Below, one piece after another: positions 26,647 through 36,835 of a stretch of 64,000 bases of DNA. The stretch is from NCBI GenBank assembly GCA_045589295.1, contig JAZNOU010000012.1, positions 32,001 to 96,000 on the forward strand, written 5' to 3'. The notes below the pieces were generated by a model. It saw only the letters and a list, made by a program, of their open reading frames with translations, was not told the origin of the DNA and searched no databases. This stretch comes from Clostridia bacterium. GTDB lineage: Bacteria; Bacillota; Clostridia; RGIG6154. Position 1 is the first letter of the stretch. Each line of letters starts with the position of its first letter. A program made the translations under genes and the position numbers.

Positions 26647-27316
26647 TTTTTTCTCCCTTTTCAATTATTCGGTTATGGACATAAAGCCCTATTAAGCTTA
26701 CCGTACCTATTACCAGATATACTATTAATGTGCTTAAAAAGTTCCCGTCTGCAAAAGTTGCGCCTGCATAGGTAGATGACACAACTGACGGTATTCTTGC
26801 AATACATGATAAAACTAAAAACTTTCTTACGGAAATTTTTGTAAGCGGAACAAAATACGTAAGCATATCCTTTGGCGTTCCTGGTATAAAAAATAACAAA
26901 AATATTACATACTCTAATTTCTTTTCGTTATTCAAAAATTTTGCGTTTTTTAGTTTTTCGGGGACTTTTACCCTTTCGGGATGATGGCAGCTTAAAACTT
27001 CTACAAATTTAAAAATTAAAAATTCGCCGATTACAATACCAATCAGACAGATAACTGCTCCCAGTGTAGTTTTATAAAGCACGCCTGCTGTAAATTCAAC
27101 AAGTTCGCCAGGTATAAAGGCTACAATAATCTGAAAAATCTGTATTAATAGCAAAACAAGTGCGCCCCATACACCAAAGCTTTCGATGTATGTAAGAAGT
27201 CTTTCAGAGTTGCTATATGATGCAAAAACAGGTGCAAGCATCCAAATCAGAGTGATGCAGACTGCGATTGCAGCCAGTATTGATGAAATTTTCAAAAAGT
27301 TTACTTTTTCTTTCAT
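26633..27316 (-). CDS. TVP38/TMEM64 (DedA/VTT) membrane protein
   Basis: [25 protein letters not shown]. Confidence 0.85.
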   Translation of the reverse strand: MKEKVNFLKISSILAAIAVCITLIWMLAPVFASYSNSERLLTYIESFGVWGALVLLLIQIFQIIVAFIPGELVEFTAGVLYKTTLGAVICLIGIVIGEFLIFKFVEVLSCHHPERVKVPEKLKNAKFLNNEKKLEYVIFLLFFIPGTPKDMLTYFVPLTKISVRKFLVLSCIARIPSVVSSTYAGATFADGNFLSTLIVYLVIGTVSLIGLYVHNRIIEKGEKNVTR

Positions 27317-27458
27317 ATAAAGTCCCATATAAATATATGTTTTTTAAAATAATACCATAAAAAATTCCCTTTGTCAAAAAATAATAGTCATTTTTTGTTG
27401 AAAACGACCCTACTTTATGATAAAATAATTTAACAAAAGAAACTTAAGGAGAGATAAA

Positions 27459-29324
27459 ATGAGCGACGCACCAAGAATACAAGAAAAAGCGTTGAAACAA
27501 AAGGCTAAAATTGACTTTTTTGGCTTTTTTCTTGCTCCGCTTTTTGTTTTAATAATGCTTGAAATTATGCATTTATCACATTTAACGGGTTATCCGCAGT
27601 TTTTCGGCAACCCTTATTTTTTGGTAAAATGGCTTATTTCTTATGTTTTTTTACTCCTTTTTCAGAGTGTTTTGCTTGTTATTATTCCAAATATTGCGGT
27701 TTGCCATACTGTACAGACTGTGATTTTTTTCTGTCTTGGCTTTGTTACCGAGGTGCTTCTTAAAGTTACTGGCGACCCTCTTTTGCCATCTGACTTTTTT
27801 TTGATTGACAATATGGGTGAAATTGCCGGCTTTGTTGAGATACCTCTTTTGGTACAATGCATAGTATCTTTGATATTTGCGGTATTTTCAATAATATTTT
27901 TTATACGAAGAAGAAAATCAAAAAAATCATTGCTTAACACAAAACAAAAAGTAGCGTTTGGTCTTGCGGCTGTAATGCTCTTTTCAGGGTTTTGTTATGG
28001 GATGTGCTTTAACAGAAATATAAAGTACAGAGTTTTTCCTAAAATTAAGGTGGAAATTGCGGCATTTAATCCGCAGGCAGACTATTTTGCAAATGGATTT
28101 GTGCTTACATTTTTCCCGAGAATCGGTGAGCTTGTGGTACAAAAACCCGAAGGGTATACACAAGAAAAAATTAACGCACTTAAAGTTCAGGGAACAAAAA
28201 GCGAAAGTGCTGAAACACTAAAACCTAACATTATTGCAATTCAAAGCGAGGCGTTTTGGGATGTGACAAGACTTCCTGAAACTACTTTTTCAGCAGACCC
28301 GATGCAAAATATAAGAAAAATCGGAGCGGAGAAAAATGCCAAGCTGGGAACTATGATTTCGCCTGTTTTTGCAGGTGGCACGTGTTTACCTGAGTTTGAG
28401 TTTTTAACAGGGCTTTCTGTCAACTTTCTGCCTGCAAGTGTTTATCCTTATATTCAATCAGTTAACAAGCCTACGGCATCCATTGTTTCAAGCTTTAAAA
28501 GCAACGGTTACGAGACCTATGCACTTCACACCTACAAGAAGAATTTTTACGCAAGAAACAAGGCATATCCGCTTTTGGGTTTTGAAACCTTTTTGGGTGA
28601 CAGTGACTTAGACCAGCCTGAAATTAAGGGATGGTATATTTCTGACATGGAGGTTACACGTCAGCTTATAAAGGCATTTGAAAACAAGCAAAAGGAAAGA
28701 ATTTTTGAATTTGCAGTTACTATGCAAAATCACGGCGGTTATGGTTACCAAAGGTATGCGAATTATGATATTTTAGCAGAAAACGAAAAACTAAATGAAA
28801 AGGATTTACTTGGCGTTAAAGAATTTACCCAGGGCGTTTATGATGCTGATGTAGCTTTTGCTGCTTTGGTAGATTATTTCAGAAATGTTGATGAGCCGAC
28901 AGTTATTGTTATGTATGGCGACCATTTGCCGCTTTTAGGTGATGAGGGCAGCACATATATTGACGCAGGGCTGATACCAAAACCTGAGGATAAATTTGTT
29001 GCAAAGGACAACCCTGTTCTGTTTGAAACACCTTACATTGTATGGGCGAATTATGATGTTGATTTAAACGGTTTTGCTGACCCTATAAGTCCTGCTAATT
29101 TAGGGCTTTCGGTGTATAGCCTTGCAAATCTTAATGATGTGCCGTGGTATTACAACTGGATTTACAATTTCTATTCGGAATACCCTGTTTACAGCCCTTA
29201 CACAATTGAAAACAAAAACCATGTTACAATAGAGCAGACTGAGGAAAAACATCATGGTATGGCGGTTGAATACAAATACATTCAGTATGATATTCTTCAC
29301 GGCAAGAAATATGCAGAGCAATGA
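27459..29324 (+). CDS. LTA synthase family sulfatase
   Basis: N-terminal TMs; PNIIAIQSEAF, GGTCLPEFEFLTG, TMQNHG, YGDHLP. Confidence 0.9.
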   Translation: MSDAPRIQEKALKQKAKIDFFGFFLAPLFVLIMLEIMHLSHLTGYPQFFGNPYFLVKWLISYVFLLLFQSVLLVIIPNIAVCHTVQTVIFFCLGFVTEVLLKVTGDPLLPSDFFLIDNMGEIAGFVEIPLLVQCIVSLIFAVFSIIFFIRRRKSKKSLLNTKQKVAFGLAAVMLFSGFCYGMCFNRNIKYRVFPKIKVEIAAFNPQADYFANGFVLTFFPRIGELVVQKPEGYTQEKINALKVQGTKSESAETLKPNIIAIQSEAFWDVTRLPETTFSADPMQNIRKIGAEKNAKLGTMISPVFAGGTCLPEFEFLTGLSVNFLPASVYPYIQSVNKPTASIVSSFKSNGYETYALHTYKKNFYARNKAYPLLGFETFLGDSDLDQPEIKGWYISDMEVTRQLIKAFENKQKERIFEFAVTMQNHGGYGYQRYANYDILAENEKLNEKDLLGVKEFTQGVYDADVAFAALVDYFRNVDEPTVIVMYGDHLPLLGDEGSTYIDAGLIPKPEDKFVAKDNPVLFETPYIVWANYDVDLNGFADPISPANLGLSVYSLANLNDVPWYYNWIYNFYSEYPVYSPYTIENKNHVTIEQTEEKHHGMAVEYKYIQYDILHGKKYAEQ

Positions 29325-30094
29325 CAAAAAGAGAAATTATAGATAAAACGGCCATAGAAAAAGAAGATAAAATTTTACTTTCCCATCTTTTCGACCTTGA
29401 TGAAAAAGCAAATTCCAGAGGGTTTGTGACATCAAGCGGTTTTTTGGACTTAAATCGCTTAAGCATGGCAGAGGGAATTGAAAAGCATTTTAAATGCCAA
29501 AATGTAACCTTTGGCGGATATGAAGATGCTGAAAGAAAGGTTATTTATTTTCTGCCGCAGGGAGATATGCAACCAGATTTTTCTGACATCAGAGTTTTAT
29601 GTTCTAAAATAAGCACCCCGTTAAATCACAGAGAGGTTCTGGGCTCTTTAATGGGACTTGGCATTGACAGAAGTCTTGTTGGTGATATTCTCATATCTGA
29701 AAAAAGTGTACAGATTATTGTAAAAAAAGAGATTGCTCAGTTTATTGTGCAAAATTTTTTGCGAGCTTCAAAAACAAGGCTTTCGTTTGAAGTTGGCGGT
29801 ATAGAAAATATCGAAATTCCTGAAAAAACCACAAAGGAAATAACAGGAACAATAAAATCTTTGAGGCTTGACAGCGTTATTTCGCTTGCTTTTTCTGTTT
29901 CAAGAACGCTTTGTAAAGATTTGATTGCGGCATCTAAAGTTTTTGTAAATGACAGATGTGTGACAAAGCCGGATTTTATAGTTTCTGAAGGTGACAAGCT
30001 TACACTTCGTGGTAAGGGTAAGGCGTTTTTAGTCGAAATCGGCAGTTTAAGCCGCAAAGAAAGAATATTTGTAAAAATTCAAAGGTATATTTAG
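29321..30094 (+). CDS. ylmH: YlmH-family S4 RNA-binding protein
   Basis: GGYEDAERK, HREVLGSLMGLGIDR, SLRLD, LRGKGK. Confidence 0.9.
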   Translation: MTKREIIDKTAIEKEDKILLSHLFDLDEKANSRGFVTSSGFLDLNRLSMAEGIEKHFKCQNVTFGGYEDAERKVIYFLPQGDMQPDFSDIRVLCSKISTPLNHREVLGSLMGLGIDRSLVGDILISEKSVQIIVKKEIAQFIVQNFLRASKTRLSFEVGGIENIEIPEKTTKEITGTIKSLRLDSVISLAFSVSRTLCKDLIAASKVFVNDRCVTKPDFIVSEGDKLTLRGKGKAFLVEIGSLSRKERIFVKIQRYI

Positions 30095-30105
30095 GGAGTG
30101 GTCAA

Positions 30106-30351
30106 ATGAGATACTTTACAAAAGGAGTTTGTTCGGCGGCTATTGATTTTGAAGTCGAAGACGGCAAGCTTGCAAATGTTAAATTTACAGGCGGTTGCTC
30201 TGGTAATACCCAGGGAGTTGCATCTTTGGTAGAGGGAATGGATGTGGACGAAGTTATAAGACGTTGCGAAAACATTAAATGCGGTTTTAAAAATACATCT
30301 TGTCCTGACCAACTTGCTAAGGCATTAAAAGAGTACAAAGAAAATAATTAA
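30106..30351 (+). CDS. TSCPD-domain protein (TIGR03905-like)
   Basis: KGVCS, GGCSGN, TSCPDQLAKAL. Confidence 0.92.
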   Translation: MRYFTKGVCSAAIDFEVEDGKLANVKFTGGCSGNTQGVASLVEGMDVDEVIRRCENIKCGFKNTSCPDQLAKALKEYKENN

Positions 30352-30369
30352 AAAGGTAGAGAAAGTAAT

Positions 30370-31116
30370 ATGAAAAAATTTTCAAGTTTGATTTTGGTAT
30401 TGGCGTTTTGCTTTGGGTTGGTTTCGTGCGGGCAAAAGAATGCAGAAAATTCTGCCGGCGATGATATTAAGGGCAAAACACCAATAAGTGCAACAGCAAA
30501 AGATGAATATGGCATGACATATACCATTAAATTTGATGAAAATGGAAACAAGATATATTCTGAAAATAAAGTAGGTGACTGGGAAAAGTGGGAATATGAT
30601 GAAAACGGGAACCAGACATTCTACGAAACCTCACTTGGTGACTGGGAAAAGTATGAATATGATGAAAACGGCAATAAGATATATGCTGAAGATGTAAGCG
30701 GTGACTGGAAGAAGTACGAATATGACGAAAACGGGAACCAGACATATTTTGAAAACGCATCCGGCGAATGGAATAAGGCAGAATATGATGAAAACGGCAG
30801 AGAGATATATTACGAAAACTCAAAGGGTGAACGTTACGATACATATAAATATGACGAAAAAGGAAACGTTTTGAGTAAAGAAAATGCCGATGGTGCCATG
30901 ATAAAGTACGAATATGACGAAAATGGAAACCAGACATATTACGAAGATTCATCTAAATACTGGCGCAAGTGGGAATATGATGAAAACGGCAACTGCACAT
31001 ATTACGTAGACGCATACAAATACTGGCGTATGTGGAAATACGATGAAAACGGCAGAGAGATATATTACGGGACCTCACATGGTGATGGAACAAGCACAAC
31101 TTACGTATACGAATAA
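30370..31116 (+). CDS. Lipoprotein with ~22-aa YD-like tandem repeats
   Basis: Lipobox LVSC; repeated WEKYEYDENGN.xYxE. Confidence 0.85.
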   Translation: MKKFSSLILVLAFCFGLVSCGQKNAENSAGDDIKGKTPISATAKDEYGMTYTIKFDENGNKIYSENKVGDWEKWEYDENGNQTFYETSLGDWEKYEYDENGNKIYAEDVSGDWKKYEYDENGNQTYFENASGEWNKAEYDENGREIYYENSKGERYDTYKYDEKGNVLSKENADGAMIKYEYDENGNQTYYEDSSKYWRKWEYDENGNCTYYVDAYKYWRMWKYDENGREIYYGTSHGDGTSTTYVYE

Positions 31117-31120
31117 AAAA

Positions 31121-31801
31121 CTATTTGCATTCCAGCACAGATTCGAGTTCTGTTACTGATTTAATTTCAAATGTAACAGGAAGTGTGGCAGGCTTTCCTT
31201 TTGGGTTTACCCAGGCGGTGTCGATACCGGCATTTATTCCGCCCTGAATGTCAGATGAAAGGGAATCACCGATAATTAAAATTTTTGATTTGTCTTTCTC
31301 TCGGATTTCAGAAAATACAACATCAAAAAATTCTTTGTTGGGTTTGTTTGCACCTATCTCGTCAGAATTGAATACTTTTAAAAACAGAGGGTAAAATCCG
31401 CTTCCTTTTAAACGTGCGGTTGAAACCTTTAAAAGTGCATTTGTTACGGCATAAACATCATATTTTTCTTTAAGTTTTATAACGGTATCTTTTGCACCCT
31501 CAATTTCAAAAAATCCTTTTGAGGTGTTTTTTATAAAACATTCGTTTGCGTGTTGTGAATCATAATTAAATCCATAGATTTGTTTTAAATCTTCAAATCT
31601 TTTAACAATAAGACTTTGCTTTGTTATTTCTTTTCTCTGATACATTTCCCAGAGCTTTATGTTGATTTGGTTATAGGTTTTAACTACTTCTTCATTACAA
31701 AAACACCCCAGCTCTTTTAAAGCAAGGTTGAGTGCAAAATGTTCAGTTTTGCCAAAGTCTAATAATGTGTCGTCAATATCAAAAAGTAATGTTGTATACA
31801 T
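31121..31801 (-). CDS. YjjG-like HAD nucleotidase
   Basis: FDIDDTLLDF, KP, IGDSLSSDIQGG. Confidence 0.9.
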   Translation of the reverse strand: MYTTLLFDIDDTLLDFGKTEHFALNLALKELGCFCNEEVVKTYNQINIKLWEMYQRKEITKQSLIVKRFEDLKQIYGFNYDSQHANECFIKNTSKGFFEIEGAKDTVIKLKEKYDVYAVTNALLKVSTARLKGSGFYPLFLKVFNSDEIGANKPNKEFFDVVFSEIREKDKSKILIIGDSLSSDIQGGINAGIDTAWVNPKGKPATLPVTFEIKSVTELESVLECK

Positions 31802-31866
31802 AATAATCCTTATATTCAAAAGCGGAAGGTATAAAACCTTCCGCTTATGTAGTTTTTTAACTTAAA

Positions 31867-32301
31867 TTATTTGCTTGTGAGGGTAGCTGTCTGTGTTTCT
31901 CCATCCCAGCCAACGTCAACTCCCATAGCGTCTGAAATAGCACGAAGCGGAACAAGTGTTCTCCAGTTAACTTCTCTTGCAGGAACATCTAATTTAACGG
32001 GGTCGCTGTTAACAAACATAACGTCGTTGTTAATCTGCATAACAATGATTAAATCACCTTTTCTGGAAATTACTGTTTCTGTTGCCTCGTCATAATCAAC
32101 TGTAGCACCCAATGATTCAAAAATCTTTCTTACAGGAACCAAAGTTCTGCCTGCTTCTACAACCGGCTTTTGGTCAAACTCAAGCTCTGTACCGTCAAGA
32201 ACAACCTTAACATTCATGCTTTCGTCAAACTGAGGTGCTGCAAATGCCAGAGTGCTCAGACAAAGAACAAGTACCATAGTTAATGCTAAAATCTTTTGCA
32301 T
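31867..32301 (-). CDS. Copper amine oxidase N-terminal domain protein
   Basis: GRTLVPVRKIFESLGATV, RTLVPLRAIS. Confidence 0.9.
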   Translation of the reverse strand: MQKILALTMVLVLCLSTLAFAAPQFDESMNVKVVLDGTELEFDQKPVVEAGRTLVPVRKIFESLGATVDYDEATETVISRKGDLIIVMQINNDVMFVNSDPVKLDVPAREVNWRTLVPLRAISDAMGVDVGWDGETQTATLTSK

Positions 32302-32358
32302 ATATTCCAACTCCTTTTTTAGTTCATACTTTCATAATACATTATTTTGCGGATTTTG

Positions 32359-33024
32359 TCAATTATTTTGAAACTTTTTTAATGCAATTTCAGTAATTTC
32401 CGACGGCACTTTTACGATATAATCTGCACCTGCGTCTTCAAGTTCTTTTCGGTCACGAAAACCCCACAAAACGCCGATTGATTTAACTCCTGCATTCTTG
32501 GCGGTAAAAATATCCACATCTGTGTCCCCTATATATAAAACCTCGTCTTTTTTTGCGTTAAGCCTGTCTATCATTTCCAAAAGAGTGGCAGGATTAGGTT
32601 TTAATGGTGCAGTTTCGGTGTCGCCCTTGCAGTCGTCTATTAAGTCACCAAAGACTTTTTTATTTATCTTCTGAACTGTAGCGTCTGTTTTATTTGACAA
32701 AATCCCAAGCTTTATTCCTGCATTTTTTAATTCAGCAAGCATCTGGTCAATACCGTCATAGCTATGTGATAAATGACACGGGTTATTATTATAAGCTGTT
32801 TTATAATTTAAAAAAATTTCCTCAAAATTTGAAAAGTTTGCGCCTACTTCTTTCAAAGCACGTTCAATAAGATTTTTTGCGCCGTTTCCTACCATATTGT
32901 AAAATCGGTCAAGTGCTATGGTTTTGTAGCCGAACTTTGTTAAAGTTTCGTTTGTATAATGTGCAATTGATTTTATGGAATCAACAGTTGTTCCGTCCAT
33001 ATCAAAGATACATGCTTTAATCAT
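32359..33024 (-). CDS. HAD hydrolase (phosphoglycolate phosphatase-like)
   Basis: FDMDGT, SNK, KPNP, IGDTDVD, WGFR. Confidence 0.9.
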   Translation of the reverse strand: MIKACIFDMDGTTVDSIKSIAHYTNETLTKFGYKTIALDRFYNMVGNGAKNLIERALKEVGANFSNFEEIFLNYKTAYNNNPCHLSHSYDGIDQMLAELKNAGIKLGILSNKTDATVQKINKKVFGDLIDDCKGDTETAPLKPNPATLLEMIDRLNAKKDEVLYIGDTDVDIFTAKNAGVKSIGVLWGFRDRKELEDAGADYIVKVPSEITEIALKKFQNN

Positions 33025-33719
33025 TTGTCTTCTCCTAAAACCTGAGTAATAATATTTTTTGATGCAATATTTTCAAAGTTGTCTGAAATGGGTTTTAAAA
33101 TGTTGTCACCGCCGTATTTTTTGTCAAGCGCTTTTTTAATTATATAATCGCAAAGGACTGGGTTTTTTGGAAGCAATGGTCCGTGAAGGTTGCTTGCAAA
33201 AACATTTTTATAAATTGCGCCCTCAAACCCCATACCATTGTTGCCATATCCCACCAAAACATTACCAAGCGGTGTTAAATCATGGATATCCGTTTCATAT
33301 TCGTGGTTTTCAAACCCTGAAACTAAAATTTTCTTGCCATCTAAAATGAGTTCAAAAACTACGTTGCCTGAAGCTCTTTTTTTAGCTTTTTTATGCGTAA
33401 CGTCAATTAGCCCAAGCTCGCCTGCCATTTGAAAACCCCCACAAACAAAAAGTGCAGTGCCCGAGCTTTCTATATATTCTTTCAAATCTGCTTTAACTTT
33501 ATCAAGTTTTTCTAACACCATTTCCTGTTCGCAGCCACCACCGCCACCTAAGAATAGGATATCGCAGTCCGAAAGGCAGAGCGCATCATCACCTTTTATT
33601 TCGGTAACTTTTGCATCAATCCCGCGCCATAGACACCTTTTTTCAAGAGCGGATATATTACCCTTGTCACCATAAAGGTTTAAAAGGTCGGGGTATAAAT
33701 GAACAATTTTAATTTCCAT
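33021..33719 (-). CDS. gatD: Lipid II isoglutaminyl synthase, glutaminase subunit
   Basis: HLYPDLLNLYGDKGN, CGG, GFENH, HGPLLPKNP; downstream of murT. Confidence 0.9.
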   Translation of the reverse strand: MEIKIVHLYPDLLNLYGDKGNISALEKRCLWRGIDAKVTEIKGDDALCLSDCDILFLGGGGGCEQEMVLEKLDKVKADLKEYIESSGTALFVCGGFQMAGELGLIDVTHKKAKKRASGNVVFELILDGKKILVSGFENHEYETDIHDLTPLGNVLVGYGNNGMGFEGAIYKNVFASNLHGPLLPKNPVLCDYIIKKALDKKYGGDNILKPISDNFENIASKNIITQVLGEDK

Positions 33720-35055
33720 TATCTTTGTCCTCCAGCTCTTTTAAAATTGCCTGTGTAGGAAACAGCGCGGTGTAGTTTACGAGAACGTAAATCACATTTC
33801 CGCTTCCTGAAAGTGCGAGTTCTTTTAGTCTTGCTTTAATATCGGGAGAGAGCACAATATCACTTTCTTGTGCACCTGCGTATTTAAATCTTAATCCTAA
33901 ATCGGCATAACGAGTGCCCGAAACCGAACATGTAAAGGTGTTTTGATTTAACAAATCCTCGAAGTCAACATCCCACAGCCACGAAACGTCTTTGCCATCG
34001 CCTATTCCGTCATTGATTGCGATTATTATATCTTTGTTTTCGGGGTCTTCTTTAACTGTTTCTACCGACTGGTTAAAGCCTGCGGGGTTTTTGGCAAGAA
34101 GAAGATAAACATTTTTGCCGTTTAATTTAAATCTCTCAAGTCTGCCTGCCTGAGGAGTGTAGCAAAGGGCGGTTTCTTTTAAGGCATCAAAGCTGCCTTT
34201 TATTTCACTTGTTGCACCTGCTACTGCCAAAATGTTATAGACGTTATATTTTCCTCTGCCATTTAGCTCGATTTTGCCAAAAGGCTCAATATCAAAGCAA
34301 AGTGCAGGGAAAAGTGAAATGTTTTTAGCATAAATGTCCAAGTTTGGTCTTGCAAATCCGCACCAACATGAATAGTCGCCAAGCTGACTGAAGTGGCGGA
34401 AGTTATATTTAAGCTCTTTTCCGCAAAAATGACAGAACTTACCCTCGGCGGTTTCTTTATCTGTTTTAAATTCGTTATCTTTTATTCCGTAATAAACCTT
34501 TTTGTTTTCAAAATCGGATGCAAGTGTTACGGTTAAAGGGTCATCCGCATTTAAAATGAGAGTGGCATCAGGTGCTAAGGCGATTGCTCTTTTTAAAAAG
34601 CTCATTGTTGTGTTAATTTCGCCGTAGCGATCAAGCTGGTCGCGGAAAAGGTTGGTAATTACAATTTTATGAGGAGTGAGCATTTTGAAAATATATTCCG
34701 CCCAACCCTCGTCCATTTCAAGACAAGCATAATCAACGTCGATTTTTCCAAAAAGGTTTGCCTTTTCTAAAAATGCACCTACTGCACCTTCGTCCATATT
34801 AGCGCCAAGTCGGTTGCAGGCAACACTATAACCCGCATTAGTTAAAGTGTCTGCTAAAATGTTGTTTGTTGTGGTTTTGCCGTTTGTTCCCATTACGGCA
34901 ATTATTTCTTTTTTTACTTTCTTTTCAAACACTCTCAAAATATCAGGATAAAGCTTAAATGCAAGCTTGCCCGGGGCGCTTGTTGCTTTTTTACCCATTA
35001 ATTTAAGTAAAAATATAAAAACTTTGCAAACAAAAACTGTTAAAAAATATTTCAT
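33709..35055 (-). CDS. murT: Lipid II isoglutaminyl synthase, Mur ligase subunit
   Basis: GTNGKTTT, NLFRDQLDRYGE, KNPAG, DVSWLWD. Confidence 0.93.
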   Translation of the reverse strand: MKYFLTVFVCKVFIFLLKLMGKKATSAPGKLAFKLYPDILRVFEKKVKKEIIAVMGTNGKTTTNNILADTLTNAGYSVACNRLGANMDEGAVGAFLEKANLFGKIDVDYACLEMDEGWAEYIFKMLTPHKIVITNLFRDQLDRYGEINTTMSFLKRAIALAPDATLILNADDPLTVTLASDFENKKVYYGIKDNEFKTDKETAEGKFCHFCGKELKYNFRHFSQLGDYSCWCGFARPNLDIYAKNISLFPALCFDIEPFGKIELNGRGKYNVYNILAVAGATSEIKGSFDALKETALCYTPQAGRLERFKLNGKNVYLLLAKNPAGFNQSVETVKEDPENKDIIIAINDGIGDGKDVSWLWDVDFEDLLNQNTFTCSVSGTRYADLGLRFKYAGAQESDIVLSPDIKARLKELALSGSGNVIYVLVNYTALFPTQAILKELEDKDNGN

Positions 35056-35158
35056 AAAAAAGTCCTTTTGTTTTGTATAAATTTTATTATTGGGGTAATA
35101 ATATGAGTGACCTCACAAAACACATACCCCCTTTTAAAGCGGTAAAACCGCTTTTCGT

Positions 35159-35184
35159 AAAAAGCACCTTGACGGGTGCTTTTT
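35159..35184 (-). terminator. Terminator after the immA-like gene
   Basis: AAAAGCACC-TTGAC-GGGTGCTTTT. Confidence 0.6.
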
Positions 35185-35387
35185 TACATATCTTCGGCAT
35201 CTTTTACCGAATCTTTGTCCCAGTCGCCTCTTTTTATATGCGCCATTTCGTGAAGATAGGTAAGGCGCTGTTGCTCGGAAGATAAGTTCTCATTTAAATA
35301 TATATTGTAGTTGCCGTCGTTATCAATTGCGGTATAGCCTTTTATTCTGGTTGGCAGTTTTATCAGTCTTGTAAAAATTTCGTCCAT
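35184..35387 (-). CDS. Short ImmA/IrrE-like metallopeptidase (anti-repressor)
   Basis: IYLNENLS..QRLTYLHEMAHI (HExxH), downstream of XRE repressor. Confidence 0.85.
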   Translation of the reverse strand: MDEIFTRLIKLPTRIKGYTAIDNDGNYNIYLNENLSSEQQRLTYLHEMAHIKRGDWDKDSVKDAEDM

Positions 35388-35397
35388 TTTGTTCTCC

Positions 35398-35757
35398 TTA
35401 AAAATCAGTATTTGTAGCTTTCATTGCATTATGTATTGCAATCATTTGTTTTATTTCGGTTGGTGTGGCATTTTTTGCAATGTCAAAAAGAACCTTAAAT
35501 TCAGGGTTTGATTTTAACATTTCTTTCATTTCGTCCACATCATCATTCATATCGTAGTGCTCAACTCCGTACAAATAATCTGTTGAAACCGAGAAAAATT
35601 TTGCAAGTCTGGTAATTGCGTCGGGAGTTGGCACTGCTGCACCTGACTCATATTTACATACAGAAGAAACGTGCACACCTAAAAAGTCTGCAAGCTCTTT
35701 TTGTGTCATATTACTTTGTTTTCGTAAGTTTTTAATATTTTCCGACAAAAGCGGCAT
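35398..35757 (-). CDS. ImmR/CI-like XRE repressor
   Basis: LRKQSNMTQKELADFLGVHVSSVCKYESG; C-terminal PEFKVLFD. Confidence 0.92.
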   Translation of the reverse strand: MPLLSENIKNLRKQSNMTQKELADFLGVHVSSVCKYESGAAVPTPDAITRLAKFFSVSTDYLYGVEHYDMNDDVDEMKEMLKSNPEFKVLFDIAKNATPTEIKQMIAIHNAMKATNTDF

Positions 35758-35808
35758 AATTTCTATTCCGTCCTTTCATAAAATAAAAGTGCATACGTAC
35801 TTGATATT

Positions 35809-35929
35809 ATTATATGAACTTTATTCAAATTTGTCAATCATTTTTTGAATTATTTTCAACTTTTATCTTGACATTTGAATTAAATTCAATTATAATAGTG
35901 CTTGTAAAAGAGATTTGAATTAAATTCAA
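35809..35929. promoter_or_regulatory. Phage-type divergent switch: two consensus sigma-A promoters and four TTGAAT-N3-ATTCAA-type operators
   Basis: Leftward TTGACA-N17-TATAAT (35837-35809), rightward TTGACA-N17-TATAAT (35868-35896); operators at 35814, 35845, 35875, 35915. Confidence 0.85.
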
Positions 35930-35942
35930 GTCAGGAGAAAAT

Positions 35943-36104
35943 ATGATAATTTGCAATTCTTGTGAAAGGATTTCAAGAGAGGCGCTTATTTTAAAAGAAG
36001 TGCATTTTGAGTGTGACGAATGGCCGTATGAGATAATCCCCGTGTGCCCGTACTGCCAGGACACTGACATTGTGAGTTTTGAAGGGAATGATTGTGATGA
36101 CTAA
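35943..36104 (+). CDS. 53-aa zinc-ribbon protein (not in ORF track)
   Basis: RBS AGGAG; MIICNSC...CPYCQDTD. Confidence 0.7.
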   Translation: MIICNSCERISREALILKEVHFECDEWPYEIIPVCPYCQDTDIVSFEGNDCDD

Positions 36105-36384
36105 AACCTGCGGAATATGCGGTAAAGAATTTGACGGCAGACAGCAAAAATATTGCAGTTTTCAGTGCAGATGGAAAGCAAAGCAAATCCAGAGTGCAAG
36201 AAAACCTAAAAAAAGAAAGGAAACACTTTGCTGGACCTGCAAAAATGCGTGCGGCGGATGTTCATGGTCGCAAAGCTTTACTCCCGTTGAAGGATGGGAT
36301 GCTAAAGAAACCGTGTTAAAATCATCAGAAGGTGAGGTGCAGAGCTTTTTTGTCAACAGTTGCCCATTATTTACAATAGGATAA
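36097..36384 (+). CDS. Cys-rich zinc-finger protein, phage-like
   Basis: CGICGKEF..QKYCSFQC; TLCWTCKNACGGCSWS..PVEGW..CP. Confidence 0.75.
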   Translation: MTKTCGICGKEFDGRQQKYCSFQCRWKAKQIQSARKPKKRKETLCWTCKNACGGCSWSQSFTPVEGWDAKETVLKSSEGEVQSFFVNSCPLFTIG

Positions 36385-36394
36385 AGGAGTAAAA

Positions 36395-36805
36395 ATGAAG
36401 GCCAGAGAGTTTTTGAATATGCCTGCCGTGATAAACATGGAAATCATGTGTGCCCGAATTGAACTTGAGCATTACAAAAGGCTTGCCGGGCAAATGCAAA
36501 ATACTTTGGTGGACAATGACAGAACAAGGCTTTTGCTTTTGGATGCAAAGGAGAAAATAAAAGAGCAGGAAAAGCTTTTGGAAGAAAAATATATAAGTCT
36601 TACAAATGCAGAAAGAAAGATTTGTGAGGCTGTTAACCGCCTTGATGATGAGCATGTTAAAGCGGCGCTTAAGTACAGGTACATATGTCTTATGAAATTT
36701 GAGGAAATTTCTGAAAAGATGCAGTATTGCGTGCGTCAGGTCAGAAGATTTTGTGAAAAAGGTATGGCTGAACTTGACGAAATATGGGAAGAAAAAACGG
36801 GCTGA
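36395..36805 (+). CDS. ArpU/RinA (DUF1492)-like phage late transcriptional activator
   Basis: MKAREFL N-terminus; LKYRYI..MKFEEISEKMQYCVRQVRR sigma-4-like HTH. Confidence 0.85.
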   Translation: MKAREFLNMPAVINMEIMCARIELEHYKRLAGQMQNTLVDNDRTRLLLLDAKEKIKEQEKLLEEKYISLTNAERKICEAVNRLDDEHVKAALKYRYICLMKFEEISEKMQYCVRQVRRFCEKGMAELDEIWEEKTG

Positions 36806-36819
36806 CGCCCGTTTTTTTT
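36792..36819. terminator. Bidirectional terminator
   Basis: AAAAAACGGGC-TGAC-GCCCGTTTTTT. Confidence 0.8.
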
Positions 36820-36835
36820 ATTGTAAAATATATTT

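Noticed and set aside
30530-31110. RHS toxin or CRISPR-like repeat
   Set aside because: Repeats are in-frame coding units of a short lipoprotein; no RHS core or toxin/immunity pair
33021-33719. GatD appears slightly shortened after the catalytic Cys
   Set aside because: Key motifs intact; cannot distinguish from normal family variation without an alignment
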